From Eubacteriales bacterium (lineage in GTDB: Bacteria > Bacillota > Clostridia > Oscillospirales > CAG-272): a stretch of DNA of 64,000 nucleotides. The translations under genes and the position numbers were made by a program. The DNA lies in contig JBJDZN010000076.1 of the NCBI GenBank assembly GCA_051868045.1, forward strand, positions 1,935-65,934. The letters run 5' to 3'. Under the pieces are notes generated by a model, which had not been told where the DNA came from, searched no databases, and was given only the letters and a program-made list of their open reading frames with translations. Below, in pieces: positions 1 through 9,344 of this stretch (positions are counted from its first letter, which is position 1; each line of letters starts with the position of its first letter).

Positions 1-136
1 GGGACGAAGGATGCCTTTTACCCTTATGGTGACGATTTTCACGGTTTTCTCAATCCTTTCTCTGCCGACGCCGACCGACGATGAAAAGTCGGTCTGATAC
101 CATTGTATGCAGGGAAAAGGGATGGGTTCAGAAAGT

Positions 137-1042
137 TCAGCGTTTTCGGTCCCAATCGTGCTTGTCCTTCAGGTCGGCATACAGTTCCAGATAGCAGTCG
201 TGACGGGACTTTGCAATTTTGCCGGATCGGACGGCATCAAGGATTGCACAGCCTTCCTCTTTGGTGTGGGAGCATTTGGTATAGCGGCAATGTCCCAGAT
301 AGGGGGCAAATTCCGGGAAGGTGTCCGGCAGCTCCTCCTTGGTGAAAAAGTCGAACCGTTTGAAATCCAGCATGGTAAAGCCGGGCGTGTCGGCAAGATA
401 GCCGCCGACGAAAGGGTACAGCTCCACCTTTCGGGTGGTGTGGCGTCCCCGCTCGGTTTTTTCGCTGACTTTTCCGGTTTCCAACGACAGTTCCGGAAAC
501 AGCGCATTGAGCAGAGTGGACTTTCCCACGCCGGAGGCACCTGCGAAAGCGGAAATCTTTCCCCGACCGTTTTCTTCAAGATCACGTCGGACCGCATCAA
601 CCCCAACGCCGGTGAGACTGTCGGTGACAAAGACAGGCAGGGTTGTTTTCTCATAGATTTCCGCCAGTTCTTCGGCAAAATCCCGTTTCAGCCCCGCCTT
701 GGTAATGACGATTATCGGCTGAATGTCGTTGTGAACGGCGATGGCGGTCAACTTGTCCACCGTATGCAGATCGGGTTCCGGTGCGGTGGTGGGAACGGCG
801 GCGTACAGCCGATCCAGATTGGCAAGAGGCGGGCGGATCAGCAGATTCTTTCGCTCATTGATGGAAAGGATGATATGATCTCCTTCGGGAGAGGTTCCTA
901 TCTCCACCAGATCCCCCACCTGTGGGGAATTGTCGTCGTGTCGGAAAATGCCCCTTGCCCGACAGGACAGGACGCCCTCTCCCGTGTCTACAAAATACAG
1001 TCCGCCGACCCCTTTCAGAATCCGTCCGTGAAGTTTATCCAT
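137..1042 (-). CDS. rsgA: ribosome small-subunit-dependent GTPase A (RsgA/YjeQ)
   Basis: 301-aa ORF with Walker A GASGVGKSTLLNAL. The C-terminal Cys/His cluster HCRYTKCSHTKEEGC is typical of the RsgA zinc finger, and there is an N-terminal OB-like segment. Confidence 0.9.
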   Translation of the reverse strand: MDKLHGRILKGVGGLYFVDTGEGVLSCRARGIFRHDDNSPQVGDLVEIGTSPEGDHIILSINERKNLLIRPPLANLDRLYAAVPTTAPEPDLHTVDKLTAIAVHNDIQPIIVITKAGLKRDFAEELAEIYEKTTLPVFVTDSLTGVGVDAVRRDLEENGRGKISAFAGASGVGKSTLLNALFPELSLETGKVSEKTERGRHTTRKVELYPFVGGYLADTPGFTMLDFKRFDFFTKEELPDTFPEFAPYLGHCRYTKCSHTKEEGCAILDAVRSGKIAKSRHDCYLELYADLKDKHDWDRKR

Positions 1043-1235
1043 GTGTTCGTCGCCTTTCGTTTTTATCCTTTTCCTATTATAAATGATTTTTCAAAAAATC
1101 TCAAGGTTTTTTCCGAAAGTTCTTGAAAAACTTCAAAAAGTGTAGTACAATAAGCCTTGAAAAAAGAACCGATCGGAGCGGCTTCGGAAGAATGTCCGAA
1201 ATGCTCCGGAGAGGGAAAGGCAAGGCAGGGAAAAG

Positions 1236-1892
1236 ATGAAAATTGACCTTCATGTTCATACTTCGGAGGTTTCCATGTGCGGCAGGCTGACCGCCGGGGA
1301 AACGGTGGAAAAATACAAAGCGGCAGGCTATGATGCCATTGCGCTGACCAATCACTACAATCGGGAAACCGCAGACCATTTTGCCCGTCACGGTATCTCC
1401 GATTTCAATGCCCACTACCGTCAGACCTACGAACTGGCAAGAAAAATCGGCGAGGAAGTGGGACTTCTGGTGCTTCCCGGATATGAGCTTCGCTTTGACG
1501 AAAATGTCAATGATTATCTGGTTTTCGGAATGCCGGATGACGTGTGCGACGACTATAAAGCCCTCTTTGCTTCTCATCCCCGGGAGTTCGGCGCACTGGC
1601 AAGGGAGCGGGGCTTTCTGTTCTATCAGGCGCACCCCTTCCGCAACCATATGCAGATCACTCCCCCGTCCTGCCTCTTCGGCATTGAGGTCAAGAACGGC
1701 AATCCCCGTCAAGAAAACCGCAACGATATTGCAGAGCAGTGGGCGGACAAGTTCGGACTCCATAAAATTGCAGGCTCCGACTGCCATCAGAATCCCGACG
1801 TGGGGATCACCGGTATCGAAACTTCCCGTGATGTCCGTACCGTGGACGATTTGATTGCCGTCCTGCGGGAGGATGACTATACCATCCTATGA
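1236..1892 (+). CDS. PHP (polymerase/histidinol-phosphatase) domain metal-dependent phosphoesterase
   Basis: 218-aa ORF with N-terminal MKIDLHVHTSEVS (HxH motif) and further His/Asp motifs (SDCH). RBS-like agggaaaag lies upstream. Confidence 0.7.
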   Translation: MKIDLHVHTSEVSMCGRLTAGETVEKYKAAGYDAIALTNHYNRETADHFARHGISDFNAHYRQTYELARKIGEEVGLLVLPGYELRFDENVNDYLVFGMPDDVCDDYKALFASHPREFGALARERGFLFYQAHPFRNHMQITPPSCLFGIEVKNGNPRQENRNDIAEQWADKFGLHKIAGSDCHQNPDVGITGIETSRDVRTVDDLIAVLREDDYTIL

Positions 1893-3064
1893 GCAGGACG
1901 CAAAATCCCCGTGAAAGGGTGGAAATGCTGATCCGGGAGCAGGGTCAGAAGCTGCGGAAGATCGTGTTCAGCAAGCCGACTGCCCCGGGCATTGAGAAAG
2001 CGACGGTTCGCCCGGTATCGGTGGGCGGGAAGACCGTTTTGCAGATTGAGACCCTAACCGCCGATCATAAGGCGACTCACCAAAATCTGACGCCCATGGA
2101 GGCTCCCGAACGTCTTTCCAAGATGGCGACCGAGGACTATGGGCAGACCAATCTGATTTTTACATCGGGAGAGGTTCAGGTACGCCTATCGACAAAGGGG
2201 AAGATCACGGTGACGGGATCGGTGAAGGCGGATGCGCCCGATGCGGTGCCTCTCTCCCACAATCGGGAAAAGCAGTATCTGATTGACGCCGCCAAATACC
2301 CCGAATTCCTGTCGGCACTGGGGGTCTGCGATGAAAAGGGCATTGTTTTTGATAAAAAACGCTCCAAATACCGTCAGATCAACCGCTTCGTGGAGCTTCT
2401 GGACGATGTGTACGACAAACTCCCGTCAGAGGGACCCCTTACCGTCTGCGATCTTTGCTGCGGGAAGAGCTATCTGACCTTTGCCGTCTATTTTTACCTG
2501 ACCAAGGTCCGGGGCAGGGAGGTTCAGCTTTACGGAGTGGACCTCAAGGCGGATGTCATCGGATACTGCAAAAGCGTGGCAGAGAGACTGGGCTGCAGTG
2601 GAATGCACTTTCTCTGTCAGGACGTGCTGACCTTCGATCCCGGTGTGCCTGTGGATCTGGTAATCTCGCTCCACGCCTGCGATACCGCCACCGACGTGGT
2701 GCTGGCGTATGCCATCCGGAAGCGGGCAAAGCTGATTCTGTCTACGCCCTGCTGCCATCACGAGACCTTTCATCAGCTGGGGCAGAATCCCCTGCATCCC
2801 CTGATGAAGCATTCCATTCTGAAGCAGAAATTCGCCGATGCCCTGACCGACTCCCTTCGTGCGCTTTATCTGGAGGCAGAAGGCTATCATACCGAGGCAC
2901 TGGAGCTGATCGACCCGGAGGAGACCCCAAAAAACGTCATGATCCGGGCATATCGCACGGGCAAGATCAATCTCTTCGCCAGACGGGAATATGAGGAAAC
3001 CGTCAGAATGTTCGGACTGGATCCCGCTCTCCGTCGGCTGATGCAGGAACAGAGGGAAGATTGA
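1889..3064 (+). CDS. class I SAM-dependent methyltransferase (uncharacterised family)
   Basis: 391-aa ORF whose start overlaps the PHP stop (ATGA). Motif I-like VCDLCCGKSYLT and a post-motif ISLHACDTATD are present. Confidence 0.65.
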   Translation: MSRTQNPRERVEMLIREQGQKLRKIVFSKPTAPGIEKATVRPVSVGGKTVLQIETLTADHKATHQNLTPMEAPERLSKMATEDYGQTNLIFTSGEVQVRLSTKGKITVTGSVKADAPDAVPLSHNREKQYLIDAAKYPEFLSALGVCDEKGIVFDKKRSKYRQINRFVELLDDVYDKLPSEGPLTVCDLCCGKSYLTFAVYFYLTKVRGREVQLYGVDLKADVIGYCKSVAERLGCSGMHFLCQDVLTFDPGVPVDLVISLHACDTATDVVLAYAIRKRAKLILSTPCCHHETFHQLGQNPLHPLMKHSILKQKFADALTDSLRALYLEAEGYHTEALELIDPEETPKNVMIRAYRTGKINLFARREYEETVRMFGLDPALRRLMQEQRED

Positions 3065-3167
3065 CCCGGTTTATTTCATTGTGGATGATTGTCAAGGGGA
3101 GTTGAGGACCCCTTGACCGGGGTAGGGCAACGCCCAACCCAATATAAAATCTAGAGAGGTAATGAAT

Positions 3168-4262
3168 ATGGACAAAATCAGAATCGGCATCATCGGATGC
3201 GGCGGCATTGCCAACGGAAAGCATATGCCCTCCCTGAAGAAGATCAACAAGGCGGAAATGGTTGCATTCTGCGATCTTATCCCGGAGAGAGCCGAGAAGG
3301 CGAAGGCGGACTACGGTACGCCCGATGCCAAGGTTTACACCGATTATAAGAAGTTGCTGGAGGACAAGACCATTGATGTGGTTCACGTCTGCACGCCCAA
3401 CCGCTCCCATAGCTTCATTACGGTGGATGCACTGGAGGCAGGAAAGGACGTTATGTGCGAAAAGCCCATGGCGATCAATTCGGCAGAGGCAAAGAAGATG
3501 ATCGATGCCGCCAACCGCACGGGACGGCTCTTGACCATCGGCTATCAGAGCCGCCAGAGAAACGATGCTCAGCTGATGAAGCAGGAATGCCTGGACGGAA
3601 CCTTCGGCGAAATTTACTATGCCAAGGCAACCGCCATCCGCAGAAGAGCGGTTCCCACCTGGGGCGTATTCATGAACGAGTATGAGCAGGGCGGCGGTCC
3701 CCTGATCGACATCGGAACCCATGCCCTCGACCTGACCCTCTGGATGATGGACAACTATAAGCCCAAGATGTGTCTGGGTACTTCCTACCATAAGCTGGGC
3801 AATCTGCCGCCCGAACTTCAGGGCAACGCATGGGGCTCGTGGGACGAAAAGTCCATGACCGTTGAGGACAGTGCCTTCGGCTTTGTCGTTATGGAGAACG
3901 GCGCATCCATCGTGCTGGAGTCCTCCTGGGCACTGAACTATGCCGATCCCCGCGAGGCGATCACCACCATCTGCGGAACGCTGGGCGGTGCCGATATGAT
4001 GGACGGACTGCGTTTCAACGGTGTCCGTCACGGCAGACCTTTCATTACAAGACCGGATCTTTCTGCCGGCGGCGTTGCCTTCTATGACGGCGATGCCGGA
4101 GACGATCCCTCTACCCGTGAGGCAAGACAGTGGATTGATGCGGTTATCAGCCGCAAACAGCCCTGCGTTCTGCCCGAACAGGCGTACACCGTTACCCGCA
4201 TTCTGGAGGGCATCTATGAGTCCGCCAGAACCGGAGAGGCGTTCCTGTTTGATAAGAAGTAA
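3168..4262 (+). CDS. Gfo/Idh/MocA family oxidoreductase
   Basis: N-terminal Rossmann motif IRIGIIGCGGIANGKH plus an EKP motif (MCEKPMA). Start moved to the second ATG for better spacing from the GAGAGG RBS; the ORF-track start is 3162. Confidence 0.85.
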   Translation: MDKIRIGIIGCGGIANGKHMPSLKKINKAEMVAFCDLIPERAEKAKADYGTPDAKVYTDYKKLLEDKTIDVVHVCTPNRSHSFITVDALEAGKDVMCEKPMAINSAEAKKMIDAANRTGRLLTIGYQSRQRNDAQLMKQECLDGTFGEIYYAKATAIRRRAVPTWGVFMNEYEQGGGPLIDIGTHALDLTLWMMDNYKPKMCLGTSYHKLGNLPPELQGNAWGSWDEKSMTVEDSAFGFVVMENGASIVLESSWALNYADPREAITTICGTLGGADMMDGLRFNGVRHGRPFITRPDLSAGGVAFYDGDAGDDPSTREARQWIDAVISRKQPCVLPEQAYTVTRILEGIYESARTGEAFLFDKK

Positions 4263-4342
4263 AAACGAGATTTCGGAAAATATCACCAAAAACCCAGCCT
4301 TGAGTGTCGCTCACGGCTGGGTTTCTTCGGATTTCGGTTGGA

Positions 4343-5305
4343 TCAGGAAGCGGTTTCCCGATCGGTTACGGCTGCAAGCAAATCGGGAAATGCTTCACGG
4401 AAGGCATCGCCGGGGGCATAATAGGTTTCACCGCAGTAGGATATTTCAAGATAGTCCGTCTTTTCACTGCGGGAATACCACCAGTAGATGGGGATCGGGT
4501 TCCGGGATTCCTTGGTGGTGTGAACCCAAAGCGAAAGAATCATGGTTCTGGAAAAATAGTCGTCCGAATAATCCAGATCAGGGTCCACCTCCACCTGCCC
4601 CAGCAGGGATTCCCATTCCTCATCGGAAAGAAGTTCCTGATCCTCATCCCGTAAGAGGTTTCGTTCAACTTGAACCATGTCGGACGGATTGTGAAGCGTT
4701 TGATTCAACTGCGTCCCGAGACTTTCATAGGTGGGGAGAAAGATCAATCGGAGTACGACCGGCAAAGCGATCAGTCCCAGCGCACTGTAACCGATGATTC
4801 GCTCCAGCTTCCGATTGTGAATCAATCGGCGGTAAACGCTTCTCATGGTCAGAATGCACCCCTGAACCCCGATGATTACCGCAAGAGTGATGATTGCTCC
4901 GATTATTTGCGCCGGCAGCTTCCATGGGAGCATCAGTCCCAAGAGTCCTGCGGTATATATATAGCCCCACGAAAACCACTCCTGCCAAAGGGTTGCGGTC
5001 AGAGCATACAGAATCAGGTTGAATGGAATTTGTACGGCAAGCGATGCCAGCCAGTGCTGCTTCGATTTGACCGTCAGCGACGTTACGGTGATGAGAAATA
5101 TAGCCAGCAGTGCATAAAAGATGACATACCCGGTTCGGAAACTGTAGCAAAAATGGCTGTTACTCAGACTGCCCGGGAGTAAATAAAACAGGACAGCCTG
5201 ATTGGATGCTATAGCGGCATAAATCAGCGTAAGCAGAAGGATGCGGAGCTTTTCGGTTATGGATTGATGTTTGAACAATTGGAATGGATTGCATAATTTC
5301 GTCAT
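4343..5305 (-). CDS. polytopic membrane protein with acidic C-terminal soluble domain, function unknown
   Basis: Several hydrophobic helices followed by an Asp/Glu-rich tail. GGAGG lies 7 nt before the ATG at 5305. It is the last gene of the sigma-factor operon. Confidence 0.6.
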   Translation of the reverse strand: MTKLCNPFQLFKHQSITEKLRILLLTLIYAAIASNQAVLFYLLPGSLSNSHFCYSFRTGYVIFYALLAIFLITVTSLTVKSKQHWLASLAVQIPFNLILYALTATLWQEWFSWGYIYTAGLLGLMLPWKLPAQIIGAIITLAVIIGVQGCILTMRSVYRRLIHNRKLERIIGYSALGLIALPVVLRLIFLPTYESLGTQLNQTLHNPSDMVQVERNLLRDEDQELLSDEEWESLLGQVEVDPDLDYSDDYFSRTMILSLWVHTTKESRNPIPIYWWYSRSEKTDYLEISYCGETYYAPGDAFREAFPDLLAAVTDRETAS

Positions 5306-5354
5306 AATGATGCCTCCGTTCATGAATCAGAACCCCGGTTTGACACGCTCGGAT

Positions 5355-6560
5355 TCAGGACTCTTCTGCGTAGCCGTAGAGCGTGAATTCGGACAACTGC
5401 ATGGTCTTGGGGCGTTCTTTTTCTTCTCTGACTATATCACCGTTCTCATCATAAATGTAGTCGCCGTCCGGCGTTAAAACAGGTACCATATATGTTCCAT
5501 CGTACAGCGTCAGATCATCGAAGATAAGCAGGTAATACCGATACGCCTGTGTATTGTCAATTTCATAGTAGGTTGTATAAAAATTCTCATCGGGTAGATC
5601 GGCGTCCTTGACCGAATGCAGGAGAGTCCAGCTACCGTCGGCGGGATCATTGCTGCTAAGCTCGTTGGTGCCGTAAAGGGACCACCCCAGAGGATTTCGT
5701 CCGGGCCAATCTTTATTATCAATCCCGGTAGTAACGCTGTATCGGGTCACAACGACCGCCTTCGTCATCGACCATACGATGGGTTGATGGATGGCATCCG
5801 GAGCTTCACCAGCAAGTTTTGTTTCAGGGTCGCAGTCAAACAGCTTATCCGGTGTTTCTCCGGCTCCTCCGGGGATACCATCCCAAGTGTACCCGAACAT
5901 TGATGAATAATCCTCCTCCACCTTGCAAAAGAAGGACGGCATGAGATTGACCGTTTCCAGAGTGGCGGCAGGTGTCGTGACCGGGGTCGTTGCAGACGTA
6001 GTGGCGGGAGTAGAGACGGGAGTGGTAGCAGGAGTGGTAACGGGCGGAGGTTCCGGAGTCGTTTCCGGCGTTGTTTGAGGCGGGAGCATGGGCGTCGTAT
6101 CCGGTGTGGTGGCAGGTATAGTGGCAGGTGTGGTTTCCGGAACAGCGGGTGTTGTCGTGTCGGGAACGGCAACCGAAGGTGCAAAGGTTGTCGGCTCTCC
6201 CGTTTCAGAGGTCGATGTCGGATTCTCTGTTGTGACCGGAACATCGGTCCGGGAGGTGTCTGGGGTGGAATCGGTATCGTCGGAGGTGCCACCTACCGCC
6301 CATCCGGCGGGATTGGATCCCGGTTCTATGATTGAATTCCGATTGGCGTTTGCGTTCCAAATCAGCAGAATCATGGAAAGAATCCCGATGAAATAGATGG
6401 CAAATGCCGCCGCCGTCAGGAAGGGACTCTTTCTCGGCGGAACAAGAACAACGGCCTCTCCGCTATCGGCAGTTTCCGTAATGGTGGGCAAACGGAGTTT
6501 TCGGGTCGTTCTCCGGTAGTACCTTCTTAACTGCCGTTCAATGGACTTGCTGCTTCTCAT
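5355..6560 (-). CDS. single-pass membrane protein: short cytoplasmic N-terminus, TM helix, Pro/Thr-rich linker, C-terminal discoidin/CBM-like beta-sandwich; candidate anti-sigma factor
   Basis: TM segment FLTAAAFAIYFIGILSMILLIW is followed by a roughly 100-aa linker with repeated TTP/ETTP. The C-terminal pattern (LFDCDPETKL...WSLYGTN...W.LL...AYRYYLLIFDD) is typical of F5/8-type-C / galactose-binding-like domains. The 5' end overlaps the sigma gene 3' end by 23 nt. Confidence 0.6.
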   Translation of the reverse strand: MRSSKSIERQLRRYYRRTTRKLRLPTITETADSGEAVVLVPPRKSPFLTAAAFAIYFIGILSMILLIWNANANRNSIIEPGSNPAGWAVGGTSDDTDSTPDTSRTDVPVTTENPTSTSETGEPTTFAPSVAVPDTTTPAVPETTPATIPATTPDTTPMLPPQTTPETTPEPPPVTTPATTPVSTPATTSATTPVTTPAATLETVNLMPSFFCKVEEDYSSMFGYTWDGIPGGAGETPDKLFDCDPETKLAGEAPDAIHQPIVWSMTKAVVVTRYSVTTGIDNKDWPGRNPLGWSLYGTNELSSNDPADGSWTLLHSVKDADLPDENFYTTYYEIDNTQAYRYYLLIFDDLTLYDGTYMVPVLTPDGDYIYDENGDIVREEKERPKTMQLSEFTLYGYAEES

Positions 6561-7131
6561 TTTTATGAACCTTCCTTTCCCGGTTTTCACCTGTCAGATA
6601 CAGATGTAGCTTGTTCAGTGCGCGCTCGTACCGCTTTTCAATGCCGGAATCGGTCATCTCCATGACGAGGGCAATCTCTTTGTGCGTCAGTCCCGCCTCA
6701 TTTTTCAGACGGACAATCAGCTGATCCTCTTTTGAAAGCATGGAAAGAGCGTCCGCCAGCGTCATGGCGTTCTGGAGCCTCTCGATTCTGTCGTCCGGAT
6801 CCATCTGTTCTCCGAGGGCGTCCAATTCAAGAATGCGCTTGCGGCTTTTGACCTTGTTCAGCGACAGATTCCGTGCGATGGTCAGAACCCATGCCACAGC
6901 ATTGGTGTCCTTTTGATAGCTGCCGGAACTTCCGATGAGCTTCAGCATGACATCCTGAAGCACATCCTCCGCATCGGCGGTATTTTCGGTAATCTGCAGG
7001 GCTACGGCAAGAATCATTTTTCCTATATAACGGTAAACGGTATCCAGTCCGGACGGATCGCCGTCGGCGATTCGGAGGATTGCCGCATTGCATTCTTTTT
7101 GGACATGGGCTTTATGGATATTGTCGAACAT
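6538..7131 (-). CDS. sigma-70 family RNA polymerase sigma factor, ECF-like (regions 2 and 4 only)
   Basis: Region 2 (DAEDVLQDVMLKL...AWVLTIARN) and a region 4 HTH (LTHKEIALVMEMTDSGIEKRYERALNKL). Start chosen at Met7 of the track ORF, which has GGGAG 8 nt upstream. Confidence 0.8.
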   Translation of the reverse strand: MFDNIHKAHVQKECNAAILRIADGDPSGLDTVYRYIGKMILAVALQITENTADAEDVLQDVMLKLIGSSGSYQKDTNAVAWVLTIARNLSLNKVKSRKRILELDALGEQMDPDDRIERLQNAMTLADALSMLSKEDQLIVRLKNEAGLTHKEIALVMEMTDSGIEKRYERALNKLHLYLTGENRERKVHKNEKQQVH

Positions 7132-7219
7132 AACTTCATCTCCCTTCATTCAATATAACAGTTTTCTATGGCGTTTTCCGACATATTAAATGAAAAAAAT
7201 GAAAATTATTTTTCCTTAT

Positions 7220-7261
7220 GAAAAAAGAGGCTGTGAGACGGTCCGGGACTGTCTCACAGCC
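7220..7261 (-). terminator. intrinsic terminator after the 7278..7901 gene
   Basis: 11-bp stem GGCTGTGAGAC/GTCTCACAGCC, followed on the minus strand by CTCTTTTTT. Confidence 0.7.
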
Positions 7262-7277
7262 TGCATTTTGGAGGTGG

Positions 7278-7901
7278 TCAGCGTTGCTTGTGGGCTACAA
7301 GCTCCAGATACTGTTCCAGATTGTAGTCCTTCTCACGGATGGACAGAACCACCGTTTCCTCGCCGCTTTGGCAGATCAGCGATGTTTCATCTTCGCTGAC
7401 CGTCAGACGGGTCTCTGCCAAGGGGAGAGAATAATCCATGACAGATCGCTCGTCTGCGGTCAGACAAAGCCTTTCGGTGCGGATGTACAGATCGTTCTTC
7501 TTGAGATACAGAACCGAAATCTGTATACGGTCGGTGAGAATCTTGCCGGTTTTGGTGACTTTTTGGGTGTTACCCTCACAAAATCCCCACAAAGTCAGCG
7601 ATTCGTCGTCAAAATCCGAGGGCAGCTTCAACTTGTCTGCGGTGTCCTGCCGGAAGGTGGGAATCTGCTCTTCGATCTGTTCCATGAGATACTTTTCCTT
7701 GGGACGCATGGTGATGGAGGCGATGATCATCGCTGCTCCTACGACCATGAGAATTTCCGATACCAGATCGGGAATATACTCCCATAAAAACCACCACACT
7801 ACCGCCATCAGCAGAATGAGGGCGGCACCGCAGACGGCAAGAATCATCAGATTCCGCAAATAGGTCTTTGAAAAAAAGTTTTTGCTCTGCTTGTAGTCCA
7901 T
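7278..7901 (-). CDS. two-TM membrane protein with C-terminal soluble domain, function unknown
   Basis: 207-aa ORF with two adjacent hydrophobic helices near the N-terminus and its own terminator. No recognisable catalytic motif. Confidence 0.55.
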   Translation of the reverse strand: MDYKQSKNFFSKTYLRNLMILAVCGAALILLMAVVWWFLWEYIPDLVSEILMVVGAAMIIASITMRPKEKYLMEQIEEQIPTFRQDTADKLKLPSDFDDESLTLWGFCEGNTQKVTKTGKILTDRIQISVLYLKKNDLYIRTERLCLTADERSVMDYSLPLAETRLTVSEDETSLICQSGEETVVLSIREKDYNLEQYLELVAHKQR

Positions 7902-8137
7902 GATAATCCTTCTTTCTTTATTGAAATGGTTTGGCTTGCTGTAGATATTCTACTATATCCGGTTTCAAAAGTCAACAAACCGTTCGTTGAATTCTTATAA
8001 ACGGTTAGTTGAATCCGCACGGTGGGGCGGAAAAAGAGAGACTGATCAGATCCTTCTGTCTATATAGTGTCAAAAATGTCGATTTGGTTTGGTCTTTTTG
8101 AAAAAATTTTGCATTTTTTATCGGGAGGAATAGAATC

Positions 8138-8437
8138 ATGCTGAACGAGACCATCAGGGTGCTGCGCACAGCCCATAATTGGACGCAGGTAGACCTGGCG
8201 AAGAAGATGAATGTGTCGAAGCAGAGCATCTCCAACTGGGAGAACGATAACATCCAGCCGTCCATAGAGATTCTGCTGAAGCTGTCGGAGGTGTTTTCGG
8301 TCAGCACCGACTATTTACTGGGGCGGGATAACCGTCAGATGCTGGATGTGTCGGGACTGACCGATGAGCAGATCGCCCATGTCCGGCAGATCGTGAACGA
8401 TCTCAGGCAGGGAGGCAGAGGCAGGGCGCAGGGATAA
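8138..8437 (+). CDS. XRE-family helix-turn-helix transcriptional regulator
   Basis: Canonical HTH_3 pattern WTQVDLAKKMNVSKQSISNWENDNIQPSIEILLKLSEVFSVSTDYLLG. RBS GGGAGGAA lies upstream. Confidence 0.85.
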   Translation: MLNETIRVLRTAHNWTQVDLAKKMNVSKQSISNWENDNIQPSIEILLKLSEVFSVSTDYLLGRDNRQMLDVSGLTDEQIAHVRQIVNDLRQGGRGRAQG

Positions 8438-8491
8438 GCAGGCGGATTGACGGGCGCACGATTCCTGCCTTTGCGGGAAGGCAAAACAAAA

Positions 8492-8537
8492 TCTGCCCGC
8501 ACCCGAAAAACATTTCGGGTGCGGGCAGACGGTTTTT
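8492..8537. terminator. bidirectional intrinsic terminator between the XRE gene (+) and the DUF1294 gene (-)
   Basis: Perfect 17-bp stem TCTGCCCGCACCCGAAA/TTTCGGGTGCGGGCAGA with T-runs on both sides. Confidence 0.8.
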
Positions 8538-8585
8538 ATTCTATGTGCAGTTTTTCATCGGGAAGGAGAAGGGACCCTTTGTGCG

Positions 8586-9245
8586 CTATCCCAGCCATAT
8601 GCACAGTACAAACAGAAGCTGCAAAATCAGGCAGAGGGGAACCGTGACGGTGAATTTGACATGGCGTGTCTTGTGGTGAAAGAGCAGCATGGCGGCAAGT
8701 GCGCCCAAGGCACCGCCCAATACCGTAAGTTCCATGAGCCAGATTTCGGGAACCCGCCGCCCCTTGGATTTGGCGGCGATATGCTTGTCGATGCCGAAGA
8801 CGGCAAAGGCGATCAGACTCTGAATCCCGAAAATCACCAGAATCGGGAGTATGGCTCCTTTGAAGGCACCGGCAAGGATGTGGGACAGGCTCTGAATGTC
8901 CGAAACCACCGACTTTCCGCAGTCCACAAGACTTCGGTCGGCGTAGATCAGACACAGGGTCAGCCCGATGACATAGGCAGCCGACAGGAGGGCATAGAGA
9001 ACCCCCCATCCCCTGCGTTTCTTTTTGGGGCGAAAGGTCAGAACCCCCATCAGACCGCCGATGGACCCGCCAAGCAGGGCGAGAAGCAGGGGAATGACGG
9101 CGGGAAAGCGGGATTTTTTGTGGGCAACCCGATTTTCATCCTCCCCACATAGGGCATAGAGGGCGAAATTGGACAGAAACAGCCAGAGCAGAACGATCAG
9201 GGTGTGATCGCAGAGCAGATTTCCCAGATTTCTGAAAAACAGCAC
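8586..9245 (-). CDS. DUF1294-type membrane protein (two repeats)
   Basis: DKxxAxxxxxRVPE...LGGxxGxxxxMxxFxHKTxH pattern (GIDKHIAAKSKGRRVPEIWLMELTVLGGALGALAAMLLFHHKTRH). GTG start with AAGGAG 6 nt upstream. Confidence 0.7.
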   Translation of the reverse strand: MLFFRNLGNLLCDHTLIVLLWLFLSNFALYALCGEDENRVAHKKSRFPAVIPLLLALLGGSIGGLMGVLTFRPKKKRRGWGVLYALLSAAYVIGLTLCLIYADRSLVDCGKSVVSDIQSLSHILAGAFKGAILPILVIFGIQSLIAFAVFGIDKHIAAKSKGRRVPEIWLMELTVLGGALGALAAMLLFHHKTRHVKFTVTVPLCLILQLLFVLCIWLG

Positions 9246-9344
9246 GAATGGCTCCTTTCTGAGTCTCTTTTACTTTTTATAAAAGTTTTTACGCACCAAA
9301 CCCTTTTCAAAAGGGGACATGGTGAGAAAGTCTGACCGGATTTC

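Noticed and set aside
1-42. A possible 5' end of another minus-strand gene downstream of rsgA (GTG at 42, MKIVTIRVKGILRP...).
   Set aside because: Only 14 codons are visible and there is no recognisable motif. That is too little evidence to call.
5990-6300. Repetitive-looking Pro/Thr-coding DNA in the anti-sigma-like gene. The CotH gene linkers at 38500..38800 and 40640..40800 are similar.
   Set aside because: These are imperfect low-complexity coding linkers. They are not true tandem repeats, CRISPR-like arrays or DGR variable regions, and no reverse transcriptase or template repeat is present in the window.
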